Made by a program: the position numbers and the translations under genes
The notes under the pieces: model-generated
Told to the model about the DNA's origin: nothing
Seen by the model: the letters and a program-made list of their open reading frames with translations, nothing else
Databases searched by the model: none
Origin: Schmidtea polychroa
Lineage: Eukaryota
Assembly (NCBI GenBank): GCA_044892525.1
Contig: CM097885.1
Coordinates: forward strand, 233,740,001-233,804,000
DNA: 64,000 nucleotides
Direction: 5' to 3'
Shown: positions 15,078-28,818 of the stretch, one piece after another
How positions within the stretch are numbered: position 1 is the first letter of the stretch
How the letters are laid out: each line of letters begins with the position of its first letter

Positions 15078-17039
15078 CATTCACTATCATTATTAATTGG
15101 GTAATTAAATTATTAGATTACTTATAGCCCCGCTTTAAAATGCTTTGGTGGTTTAATATTCCGAATGATCGTAGAACCTAAATTATCTAACATGTCATAA
15201 CTGTTTTCATGTATTTTCTGTGTTATTTCCATGGGATCTCTGTATCGATTATCATCTTCATTTCGTAAATCTATTTTAACTAACACTTTATCTTAAATGT
15301 TGAAAGTTCTATGAATTCGTTTTTTAATTTCAGTAACGGTTAGTGTTATTAGGGTCTTTAATTTCTTGCATTACTTGCTCTGCTTTCTATTGATATTTGT
15401 GATATATTCCAGTATGTTTTTATTTGATATTATGTCTCGTTGTACGAAACAACGTTTGTTTATGCCTTTGCCAAATATAATTTCTACTGGGGAATGTTAG
15501 TCTTCTGAACTGTCTTCTGAATTTAATAATCTAAAGTCTAAACACATTCGAATATCATTTGTATTTTTTTCGCAACACAGACAATCGGGGAATTTCAAGG
15601 AGATTCACATTTCCTTATAATCCCATTATTATCGAAGTTTTTCTTTAAGTTCATTCTCGTAATATATGGATTGTCTTCTTGGTTTAATCATTACTGGATT
15701 ACAATTTGTTTTTATTTTATGATTTAAAATATCTGGGTAGCCTATGTCCCATTTATTCAACATAAATATATTTGAAAAGCTCTTTATTATATAAGTTAGC
15801 TCATGTACCAGCGAAATACCTTTCATTTCTATCAATCCTTTTATTTCCATTCTAATAATGGCCTTCTAAGTTTAGTAACCAGTTATTATTTCTAATGGTA
15901 CCAGCATTATTATATTTATGTAATTCCATTTATTTGATATTCATTTCGTTTAATATATCCATGCCTAAATATTTTCTGCGTAAATTTCATTTGCAATTAT
16001 AATCAGTTTTTCATATTTAATTTCAATATTTCAAAAAAACAACTTATATCTAATTCTCATTAGCATAACTTATCTTTTTCTTATTTCCATTCTTGATGGT
16101 AATTTTTATTAGTTCAGCTACTCTTTTACTTAAAACACTAATTTTAGCCCCTGTAGCTAATAAGCAATTGAATTCTATATAATTCATTTTAATCTTAAAA
16201 AATGACCTACCATCATAATTATCATAATTATTTAAATTTAAATAATAATCATTAAAATCCTTAAAATTATTTTTAAATTCATTATATTATTATTTTCATT
16301 CATTCCAAATATTTCATCATTCTTTATGTTCATACATTCCAAATCATCAATATTTATATATGCAAATTCATTAAAATTATTTTTATTAAACAAACATTCA
16401 AAATCATTTAAAAGATTCATTCAAACATTTCTTATCACATGCATGCTTTAACAGGCTCATATTAGATTTATCATTAATTACTTTTGATTGAGAGCTCCTA
16501 TCACGTCCCTTTTGAATAAAGCTTGATAGTTTTCTGACTCGTCATTAAATCGATCCTGCATTAGAAAGTTCCATCATCCAAAGATCATTGTGTTGATTTT
16601 AAAAATTTCTTTCTTTATTGAAATTTCTAAAGTTCTCACTGTCTCTGTTATTTTTGGGTCTCTGAAATATATTTACTTGGTTTTATCCAGCATGTCTGTC
16701 AAAACATTGAAATTGTAAATGTCAGTTTCCATTGCAATGGGAACATTTAATATTTGGACATTCTCGTTTGATATGACCATCTTCTTTGCAGCCATAACAT
16801 TGAATTTGTCTTTAAAATAGATTGGGTCTACTGAAAATTTCATTTTTTCTGTTTTGGAAATTATTATCCTTATACAAAAGTTTTGACTTTATTGGGTTGT
16901 AAATATTATGAGCCACTTCTACATAGCTCATTTTATTCATTGCAGCTACATTTTCATTGAGCTTCGATTCTTCCACTTTTTCCACACACACATTCACGAT
17001 AATTATTAATTATGTAATTTAATTATTAGATTACTTATA
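15078..17039 (-). mobile_element. Internally deleted Ty3/Gypsy LTR retrotransposon
   Basis: Gag knuckles CYGCKEDGHIKREC and CSHCNGN*HLQFQC (about 16690-16815). Protease-like CLLATGAKISV (about 16150). RT start DIGYPDILNHKIKT..PRR and IRMCLDFRLLN, then a jump to integrase tail SPVEIIFGK..RYRDP..IRNIK. 49-bp direct repeats at 15078-15126 and 16991-17039, with a purine tract next to the lower one. Confidence 0.8.
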
Positions 17040-18959
17040 AAGACTAATTGTAAAATATCAATTAATTTTTGTGTTTGTTTTATTAAATCAGATTTAGATG
17101 TTTTGGATCATCCTTTGAATTAAAAAAATGAAAAATAATAAAATTTTATTAATAAGATATAAAATAAATTAATTATCAAATAACTTAATAAATATTAATA
17201 TTTTAAAATTTATTTATATTTTGCAATATAAATTAACAAAGATACATTTAAAAATTATATTTAAAATCAAAGTTTAATTAAATTTAAGACTGCATTGAAA
17301 AAATCTGCTCTGTTATTAAAATAATAACAAAATTCACTAAGAAAATCCTGTCTTTTTTTCTGTTAAAATACCATTCCTTCGTTTTATTTCAAACTTTAAT
17401 TCATTGTGGAATGATTCGATAGGTTGAGTGTTAATTCCATTCTTTTTATTTATAAAGTCATACTTGTGGCAAACTGTTATTACTTTTTATTTATTTTCGG
17501 GGGTTAAATTAAAAGGATGATTATTATGGGGGTTAAATTAAAAGGTTGATCCGATGTTTTTAAACAAAATTTTAATTGAATAGAAAATAAAAATACTGAT
17601 TATAATTTATTACTTTTTACAATTAAAAAACAAAACGAAAAAATATAAACTCTTATTTAGAGACTATTTGGAGTTAAATCTTTCTCGATGAGTGATAAAA
17701 TTAATAAAAATCTTTATCCAATATGGAATTGTAGTCAAAAAAGATCTTGTTAATAATCAAACTTTATTTCCTCTTTTTGGTATATTTTTCATTTCAAATA
17801 GCAACTGCAATGTTCATCTTGTTAATTTGTATTGTTGTCTCTCCTTCGCAATAAAAAATATAGAATAATAAGTTTAAGAAATAAGATTTAAAGTAATAAG
17901 ATGTATGCTGAAGAAAATATGTCAGATTATTTGAACATGAAGTATTTTTATTTTTGTATGTTTACTATATTTTATTATTGAAGAAAATGGTTTTGTATTA
18001 TTTTTTATCGTTGCTATACATACGCGGAGAGCATTCATCTCGTGTATATACAGCCACCCCAACTGTTTCAGGGCAGTTATTACTGGTAACTAAACTGGGC
18101 ATAAATATTTCCTTGGTATAATACGCCTCTATATTAATAATAAAACATAACAGCGGCTATCGAAATATAATTGACATTAAGTTGAAAATTAACCTAAATT
18201 AAGTGGAAAAGTCCTGGTGCAAAACGTAGATTTAATTTGTAAAATTTCACGGTAAAAATGTCAGTTTCTATATTTTTAAAATATTCTATAATTAAAAAAG
18301 TGAATAATAGTGAAGAATATTAATTGAAAAATTATATGTTATAGATATGGGAGGACCTTTGATTACCTCTATTACTACTGATTAAAATGTATATACCGTT
18401 TTCAAATTGAATCTGATATAAGTAGGCAATGTGTACACTACATTTACATGACATATTTTTGTGGTTGGTAATTTTAATTCAAAATAGCATAATAATTTTA
18501 AAGTGTTATATGCTCATTTGTAAGTTTAAATGGTTTGAATATATCTAATTATGTTTAATGTCCGTTTAATTGTATATTACTAATAATTATGTATATAATA
18601 ATTATACATATATATATTAAATTTAATACAAATTACTATAATGTACAAATCATGCGTAATATCTACTATTTAAGTTTTTAAAATTATAAGTTGTTATAAA
18701 ATTGCTCAATGTCATTATGGACAAAATTTGGAGGACTTGCCAAAGTTTGGTTATTATTGATAGTTATATTTATTAGATCAAAAAATGTTTAATAATCCAT
18801 TTTTTGGAAACTATAATATATTTAGAAAATGAACTTTTGAAATTAGCTATTTTAATTTAAATAAAATAATTTTATTTTATAAATAATACGATTTTAATAA
18901 GTTTCAATCATTTAACATCAAAATAACAATATGAAAATTTTACTGTCGGGTAACAACTA

Positions 18960-20281
18960 ATTCAAAAAAGCATGAAGGATAACCACCTGTTTCAGACACA
19001 ACTTTTATCAAGTGTAAGTCAGCTACATTACGTATTAAAATTGAGATTATTTAATTTATATTTGAAAATAATTCTATTGGAATATTATTTTAACAATTTC
19101 AAAAATGTTGAAAATCGAATTATGTAAATAATATTTAGATCTAAGAAACTTTATGACGATGGAAGAGTTATTTTTGTTAATGAAGGAGGTCATCGCTTAG
19201 CAGAATGCCATAATTTATATAATGTATTTATAAAATACGGATTTTACAGATAATTGTTAAAAGAACAAAATTAAGAAAACAATATCTTGAGATAACAATT
19301 TCTATTTTCTATATTTGTACTTTTTACCAATATCCAAAATTTTCTTTCAGATGAAGGCAGTAATAAATGCAAAAATAAAGAAATAAGATAATAATGACAT
19401 GTAATTGTTAAAAAATACCAGTTTTTGAAAATGTCAATTTGTGATTGAAGATGATAGCTAATGTCAATTAATAAAATTATAATTTTATAATAAGAGTTCT
19501 TCATATAATTTTTCGGTTTGTCTGGTTGCATTCTTTCGTGACTGTAGTCATTAAATAGTCTGTTTAATTCATCATTGAATTCAGATAAAGAAATTATTCA
19601 GAAATATTTATTTATCGGGTAAAATTTTGATAGGTTTTCAATTTATAAATTTAGACAAATCTTTGATTTTAATTAAATCACTTTTTATCGTGGTTTTGTT
19701 TAAATTAATAATATTTTTGTGTAAATTATAAAAATATAATACGAAATAAGATTTTCCTAATAATTTTTAACTAAAAATTATAATAATTTTGAAAATTGGT
19801 AAAGAATATTTTATTTATCTTATGAATTGACCTCTGATCTTTTTTTAATTCAATAATTTTCATATTGTTTGCACACTTGATAAAGGCTGTGCCGAAAATA
19901 TTATGTACATTATATATTAAGTCTTGATTTATAGTTTTACAAATATTAATATTAAAATTATTTTTATTCATAAAAGATTCTAAATTTTTGAAGAAATGTT
20001 GTTTTCATATTTCCATTAATTCAAAAGTCAGAGTCAAAAGCTATATATTGAAATCAAAAACGAAGTAATATCTGATATTAATAAATTAATTTTATTATTT
20101 ACTAAGAAATTCGTTGATAATTGAATATTAATTGCTTGTAATTATGATTTAATAATCAAAACATTATATAACACCTTTCCCAATAACTATCAAATTAATA
20201 ATTTTACAAATTTTTCTATGATCGTTAATATTAATCAGAACTTAATTAACTAATTTAATAATCCAACAATAATTATTAAAT

Positions 20282-20315
<34 letters not shown>

Positions 20316-23300
20316 AGAAACGCCAACTCAATAAATTCAACATAAACGCGATATATTTCAATTGTACAACAATCTTCGTCAGGCCGCAATCTGGATAATC
20401 AATAATAAGACATAAAATATGCAATATCTAAACAAATTAACTAATAATAATCATCTCCAAACTGTATCAAAAATTTTAAAAATTTTAAAAAAAATATTTC
20501 AAAAAAAAATATTTTAAAAAACCAAACCATATTTTACATAGCCCCACAAACATATTATTTTAAAATTAAATTTTAATTTAATAACATTTAACATTCAACA
20601 TAAAATTAACAAATTTAAAAAAAATTACATAGTTTACAAAACACAAACATAATTATACCACAAACACAACTCCCAACCTTCATCCTTCAATTACTTAAAC
20701 ACATTCAAAATCTCCGTGGAACGGGCAACTTGATCATTTATTTTTGGATTTAAATATCTAATCAACAATGCCTCACAAGTTACTCGTTCCCAATAATTAC
20801 TTAAACCTTTTGAAAAAATTTTAAAATCAGAGATACCTATTCTTTTACTGACACATTTCCTAACATGATTACTAATATTAGTCAATCCTTTTGGTCGACA
20901 GTGTTCAAGAACTCGGGTGCAGAGATGACGGGCAGTCTCTCCAATGTATGTGGCATTACACCCATTACATGAAAATTGATACACGAGCTCAGAACACAAA
21001 CCAATTGGCGTTGGACATTTACTAGTAAACATACTGCTAACTTTGCAAGAAGTGGAAACAATCCTGAATTGATCCTTGTCTACATATTTGAGAATTTTAT
21101 GTTTAAATTCTCTGAAACCCTCAGAATAAGGCAATACTAACACATATTTCGGCTCCATGCGATTGGATCGATTCTTGTCACTTTCCGAATTTAACATAGT
21201 ACTTNNNNNNNNNNNNNNNNNNNNNNNNNNNNNNNNNNNNNNNNNNNNNNNNNNNNNNNNNNNNNNNNNNNNNNNNNNNNNNNNNNNNNNNNNNNNNNNN
21301 NNNNNNNNNNNNNNNNNNNNNNNNNNNNNNNNNNNNNNNNNNNNNNNNNNNNNNNNNNNCTTATCGAAATACAAATCAAATAACAATTTGATACATTTTT
21401 GCGAATTTATTTAATGATATGTCTATACTGCAATAATGAGTATCAACCACTTTTAAAATTCAGTAATTTGATAACTATCTTCTTAAATGTTTAAAAATTA
21501 TTATAAAATAATCGAAATTTTTAATTTTTCCAAAAATAAAAAAATATTTAAAATTCATTTAAATTTAAAATAAATCATTAAAAGTATCAAATTTTGTTCT
21601 TTGTGAATTGACAAATATTAGTTTTTGTCACTGAAGTAAGAATTTATGAATTTTTTCTAGATAACTCTTACTTTGTTATATATTTGTTCATTAATATTGA
21701 ATGCAGAGATTTTTAATTAAATTATTCGTAGACTAAATATAATATTAAAATGTATAACTTTTGGACAAAAATGTAAGTTTTAAACTTTCGAAAACATTAA
21801 TTTGGACATGTCAAAAGGTAGAGAGTTTGGAAAAGGTCATATGTTTAATAAAGATTAATAGACTATAAAGTAGAATAACCTAGCATTAATATTTGTAATA
21901 ATTGCGAAAGTTTGTTTTACTTTGCCAAACTGATAAAATTATTTATAATATTATCTTAAGTCTTATAAAACTTTTCTCGTTAATTGTAATTAACTTTTAC
22001 TACCGGATTTTAATTATTCACACTACAATTATGTACTTTGTACAACATATTATAAATTGAACTTTTTTGAAGTATACTAGTTGGACACATCACTGAAATT
22101 CAAGTGTTTTTTTAAAATTATTATTACTAAATTTGTTTATATTTCATATGAGCTATTTTTTAATTTTTAATTTGATAAAAATTATATTTTAACTTTTTTA
22201 TTTTTTTATTATTTTTATTTAAATTTGTTTAAATGTGACATTTGATGGTTATCAATTAACATGATGTACTCTCAATAACTTGTGATAAAACTTATATAAT
22301 TTACAACTGTAATTATATTTTAATTTCAGCTGTTGAAAATTTATATCTGGAAATGAACAAGCATGATTACCTATTATTCGTAGATTTGACATTTATCCCC
22401 AGGGATTTAATATTAAGTAATTTATCATTGAAACATTTAACTACATTTTTTCAGTCTGAATTAGTAATTTCCATTTATCTATACAATCTTACTAATTACA
22501 GATTAATTTTCGCTATATTTCAAACTAATTCTAAATTATTTCTCTGGAAGGAAAAGAAAATTTCAAACATCGGTTTTTCTGAAAAAGCGAAAAAAATTAA
22601 GTTTAGAAATTTTTACAAGTTAACTTAAATTTCTGAGATTGCTATAATATTTTATAAATATTATTGACATTTATAAACATAATTAATAAATTATATTATA
22701 AATAATGGATTAAATTTAATAATTTCGATTAGATAAAAATTTATTAAAATTTATTAATATTTATTTATTTAAGTTTCCTCAAAGAAGTGCCAGATTTCAT
22801 TTATTCAAACAAAAACCAATTATCTAAATAAGTAATTCTAAATTTTGATACTGAATATTCACATAAATTTATTTACATAATGATTATAATAATTAATTGA
22901 ATATGAAAAATTCAATTACATTATATATTTTGGTAAATCAACAAAGTTAATGCAATATAAACTAAAAATGATTTATTTTTCAATGTCATAAAAATCCAGA
23001 TGATTGACGTTTAACCACAGAGCTGTTTTGATGTTCAAATGCTTGCTGGAGTTTATTTTTCTATTCATTTTCTGCCTTTACATTTGTTTAAATTTGATTA
23101 AATAAAATTTTAAGTCAAAATTAAGTTAATTATAAAATTTATAAATTATTCAAATTTATTCAAATTAAAAGTATTCAAATCAATTTCTTTTTTTACTAAA
23201 AATGATTTAATAACTCTTTAAAAATAATTTAAACTTAACATTCTGTATTTTAATTTTTATTCCAAAAAGCTCAAAAACTTTTGAATGACTTAAAATAATT

Positions 23301-26300
23301 TAATTTTAATTACATTTTTCGTTTAATTTAATACATATTTGGCGTAAAAACCTATGTTTCTTATTTACTTGTTTAACATTTAATTTATGTTGGTACTAAG
23401 AAACCATCNNNNNNNNNNNNNNNNNNNNNNNNNNNNNNNNNNNNNNNNNNNNNNNNNNNNNNNNNNNNNNNNNNNNNNNNNNNNNNNNNNNNNNNNNNNN
23501 NNNNNNNNNNNNNNNNNNNNNNNNNNNNNNNNNNNNNNNNNNNNNNNTATATCATTAGTTTTCTTCCGATTAATTTTATTTCAATGGGAATAGTAAAACT
23601 AATTAAAAATTGATTTTTAATTAATATCTTGTACCCATGGTTAACCATTGAGCATAGCTGGCAAACGAAAATTACGAAATTATTTCCGGATTACGACAGC
23701 AATTTGACAAATTTTATCAGTCATTTTATATTTTATTTAATATGCCAAATGAGTATCAATAGTATCAATAGTATCAATACAACAATAAATATTTTTTGAT
23801 TATTTTTAATTTTAAAAAATGAATTGAAGTAGAAAATTCATGAACAACTACCAAAAACAATTCATTTAAGAAACGAAAAAGTCGAAAGATTTATCTATTT
23901 ACATTTTGTCTTTTATTTACCAAAGTATATTTCTATTTAAAAAATCAATACTTAATATGAAAAGACAGTAATATATTTACCATCACATATTTTGTTTTAG
24001 ATGAAAATTTCAGTAAATTTTCAAAAATTGTTAAAATTTCATGTGAACTTAAGAATAATATAATATAGCACAGGAAATTCGGGATTATAAGAATAAAGAA
24101 GGCGATTCAAGACTATATTTTCAAAATATATATTTTTATTCAAATAACTTTGGATTAATTTCGATTAATAGAAATAAAGTTTGGCTATTAAAAACTTATT
24201 CTTGAATATTTTATTTGTAAAGATTGCGCAGACATTTCATTTACATTCATACGTGGTTGACCCACCCAAAACAATTTTGAGAATTGACGTGTTATCTTAA
24301 TTAATATAAGTCTGGCGCTATACAATATATAAATTATTAATAAAACTACCAAATTATCAAAGATAACACGACGTGCTATGCACATCACATCGACATTTAT
24401 TACAGATAGCAGGCAACATACATAGTCAATCATCTACTCGCAAATGATTAATCTATTTTAGAAGTAAAATAATTAAAATTATTTTTTGGTTTTTAAAACT
24501 TTTCAATTATTTAATAGATTATGTATATACAATAATGGCAAAGTGTACCAAGAAACATAACTCTAACAAAATACAATGTTAGAGTAATTAAAAAAATTTT
24601 CTAATTAAATTATTATAAAAAAAACACAAATTTCGATATTTAATAAATTTATCTAAACAATGCAAAGCAATATTTCAACGTGAACCAGACGACATCATAA
24701 ATCTTTAAATACCAAAAAAAAATTTCTTTCAAATTGACTCAAATGTTAATTTTCAGTTTTTTTAAATTATTTATTAAATTGTTTTTTCAAAACTTACTCT
24801 TACGTTAAATAAAATGTTGACTGGCAGATCACATTCGATCAAAATTGATCCTCAAGATAAAGACAAATTGCTAAGTGGATCAACAAAATTATTTATTTAT
24901 ATTTCTCCAAAAAAAAAGAAATCTTTAATCTACAGACTAGATTAGTGATATGTGGAATGTTTATTGTATTAATAAATCAATTACGAAAAGTAAATATTGA
25001 TGAAAAATAATTTGGAATCAATTAAATCAGGTCTGAGCTCGATAAATTGCCAAAATTAATTTTTACAGTGTAAATTTCAATTGAATTTAAAATAATTTAA
25101 ATACAATTTTTAACTAAAAATATTTCTATTCTAACGGTATTTTTGATTCATCGTGGTTTTTCCAGTGCAAGAAAAATACATGCTAAGATTATTAAGTGTT
25201 TCAATTTATACACAATTTGCAAATTCATTCTAATATAAACAAAAAGATATATATATATATGCATGTGCAAGTATATATTAAACCTAAAAACGACAAAAAA
25301 AACATCAATTTTACAAATGAGCACATAATTTTGAGTTAATTCTGCATTGATGTAATAAAATGTCACACGAGCGTTTACTTGTAGTAAATTTTATTTAATA
25401 TGTTTATGAAATATTTTAGGATTTTTTGTTTTTGTTTAACCGGTTTATCCAGAATTTATTATTAAGTAAAAAGTCAAATAATTACCAACTCTAGGTTTGT
25501 ATCATATATTTATCCTCATCCGACAACAACTTAATGTCAAGTAATTTTGAAATAATAAAATTCTTTGAGGCTTTCAATATAATTCAAAATTAAGAATTTT
25601 GACTCGCCAAATGTGGATCTTTAATGGATCGAAGAAAAGAATTAGTACAAGCTTTTCTGTCTTGTTTTTAGATAGTCCATGAAGATTCATGTTATGAATC
25701 AAAATAATATCTATAAAGTCTAAAACTATCGTTCTATAAAAAGGAAATGCAGATAACTTAAACAAATGTTTATTGTATTCATTCGCATGTTGATAAAAAT
25801 ATGAAATAAATATATGCTTAGCTTATCATTTCGAAAAAAAATCCTCACTCACTCCTTGTCTGATATATACCTTACTATTTTTTGATTTTCTGTAAACTTA
25901 TCTTAAAAATCTTTATTTTTTTCTATGAACGTTAAATATTTATTTTCAATGGTCATTTTATTTATACTTCTGTCCAAAGTTTCAGTACTGATTACTTATA
26001 ATATTTGTTAATTTTCTCGGTCTCCTTTGATCTGTTTTCCGATGACATTTTATTTATTTTCATTTTGACAAAAGGTCAAATATTTTTTTTATTATCATAC
26101 TCAGCCTAAATTTTCAGATTTGCCTTTATGAAGTGTTATTAAATAATATTATTAAATATTTTCTGACATAACTGTATTACATAGAGGAAAATATTTTGGA
26201 TCGAGTTATATTGAAACTAGCAGAAATATGTTTAGAAGTTATCAAACATGTTCAATCGAATAAAAACAACGTAATTATGCAATTTCAATATGAAGAATAA

Positions 26301-28754
26301 TTAGTTTATTTAAGTTTCAGTAGTAACAAATATTAAATCTGACTTTCCATGTTTTGCATCGTATAACAAAGACTGAAAAAACTGAAAACTTTATTGACAA
26401 ATAACAATTTCTTTACAAATTCAATTCAACATTAAATACACTTTGTCACCCTGTTAAATAAAATTATACTGGCACATAAAAAGTTCTTTTCATTCTCTTC
26501 GAACCTCAACCAAAAATGGTAATCCGAATAGAAATATTTTGGATTTATATGATAATAATTCATCAATTTAATTGCTTTTTTCGAAAAGACAGACAAATAG
26601 CAATTTTAAATTTAATTATCCATCGAGTACTTTGTATTTTACTTTAACCTCTCCCTGGTACCTCATAAATTCAAAATTATTTTATTTGTCTTCAACTTTC
26701 AATTTGCCAGTGATTTTCAATTTCTTCGCTCGAAATCTAAAGATTTTTATACTTAATGAATTTTTAATTAATTTTTAATTAGTATTTTGTACATTTATAT
26801 ATAATCCCAAAAATAAATTCGTAATTAATATTTTGGTGGACCTATAAAATTAATTTTATTTATGGATGTCAGTTGTGCAAATTATATATCTTTTGTCAAA
26901 AAGATTCATGATATTCATTGTAAACATTTTATTAAAAGATATTTAATGAAAATTACTCTTGGTGAGCAGACCTCTGATGAATCGGCCTGTGACAAAAACA
27001 AAATTAAAAATCTGGTTCAACTTCATTTAATAAAATTTAAAAATTAATTTTTCATTTTATTTGGCCACACAATTTCGTAAATACTAATCTAGGTAAACAT
27101 ATCGAGGGAAGTTATAGGCTATTTCTAATATTTATAATTCTACTTTAAAATATTGAGAAAAATTAATTTTAACACAGATTTTCGACACCTTTATCATGTA
27201 TTTGGTAACTGCAAAAATGTCACATTTTAAATCGTTGATATGCTGGATGAATGAAATAATTACCGGAATCTTTTATAAGCAAACAATTTGTTCATTAAAT
27301 TTACGTCCCATATTTAGTGCTATTAATTTTCACTATCCTAACAAAAGTGAAGTTATGTAATTAGTTAAAAGTATGTTAAATTCTTTATTAATAAAAGGAT
27401 TTCCAAAATTATAAAAAACGAAACACTGAAGTGGACCGTGATTATAAAAATATTAAGAATCACTGCGTTAGACTATGTTGTGATGTTTAATATTCATTTT
27501 TGTTTAATTTTTCACATGCATCTGAATGTATGTCTGAATGTATGTCCGAGTACAATATACATTTTTTGCTAATAACAGGTTTAATTTGGAAATGGTGTAT
27601 TACTGTAATACTATTAAATGTGTTTGATTGAATCTCACTGAAATTCAGATTTCATTTGTTACGGATATTATAAATATGTTTGTTTAATCTTTAAAACTTA
27701 AAGGACAAAAACTTAAAGAAATATAAAACACGGTTACTGTTAGTAAAATACATTTAAATTTTTTAATGAAGTATGAAATCCGAGCTTGTCATTGATTTAT
27801 AAAAAGTATTTGATTAGTTTTATATAATCTCTTTTTATACTATTTTATATTTTTTTATTTAGAAGAAAACTTTCTCTTGCTAAATATTATTATTATTTGA
27901 ATAACGTATTAATAAATCTAAGAAAAAATTAACTTAATAATACACATCGGATGTATTTCTTCGTGACTTTTAATTAAAAATATCGGTATATTTACAGCTT
28001 TTTAAAATTAAATAAAGTTTATAGTTTCCTATTGATAAATATATTTCTTCATTAATGAAAAGTTATGATTTGATTTTTTTCGGTGACTTTTTCAAAATAC
28101 TTTATTCATTTTAATAATTGTTTCTTACTTCTTACATTAATTATTGAAAAAAAGTATTTGTAAATTTTTGTTAAATACAATACGATTAAATACAATTAAA
28201 TACAAACGAAAACTAAAAACGAATAAATTAAATATAATTTATATTTTCATTTTTTTATCAATTATTGTTTTCTATAATTTGATAGATAGTCCTCATTAAT
28301 TATAAGTTTTTCTATAGTCAATTAAAGCACTTTGTGCTAAGCAATTTTGTTTTTAAATAATTATTTAAATATTGTTCGAAAAAAAGAAAGGGAATTTTTA
28401 AAAACAAAACTTAGAGAACCGTGTTATTTGAGAGTTGACTGTATATAATTTCATGTTTCTTAATTCCTTCTTTATCTATATTATTTTATAACAATTATTT
28501 AAAATATTATTAGGCCCATTATTTACTTCTGATAAAGATCATTAAATCGAATTATGAAAAGCCTTGAGTATGGAACATAGATCCGATTTAGAGTTATGCT
28601 TCATTTCGAAGTCAAAATAATTCAAAAGCTTGTTTATAGTATAACTTATAATCTGTATCATAATTATAAATTATAATATTGGCGTGTTGCAACATTCCCA
28701 ATTTCACTTTTTTAATATATTTATAAAGATTACTTTGGAAACTAATGTAGTTGC

Positions 28755-28818
<64 letters not shown>

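Noticed and set aside
17915-17950. CTGAAGA..TATTTTGAAC hammerhead-like motif
   Set aside because: GAAC replaces GAAA and no stem I can form.
28510-28640. IIKSNYEK (and NYDSL at ~34765) resembling the ARMH3 C-terminus
   Set aside because: Wrong strand for ARMH3, interrupted by stops, and too short to be significant.
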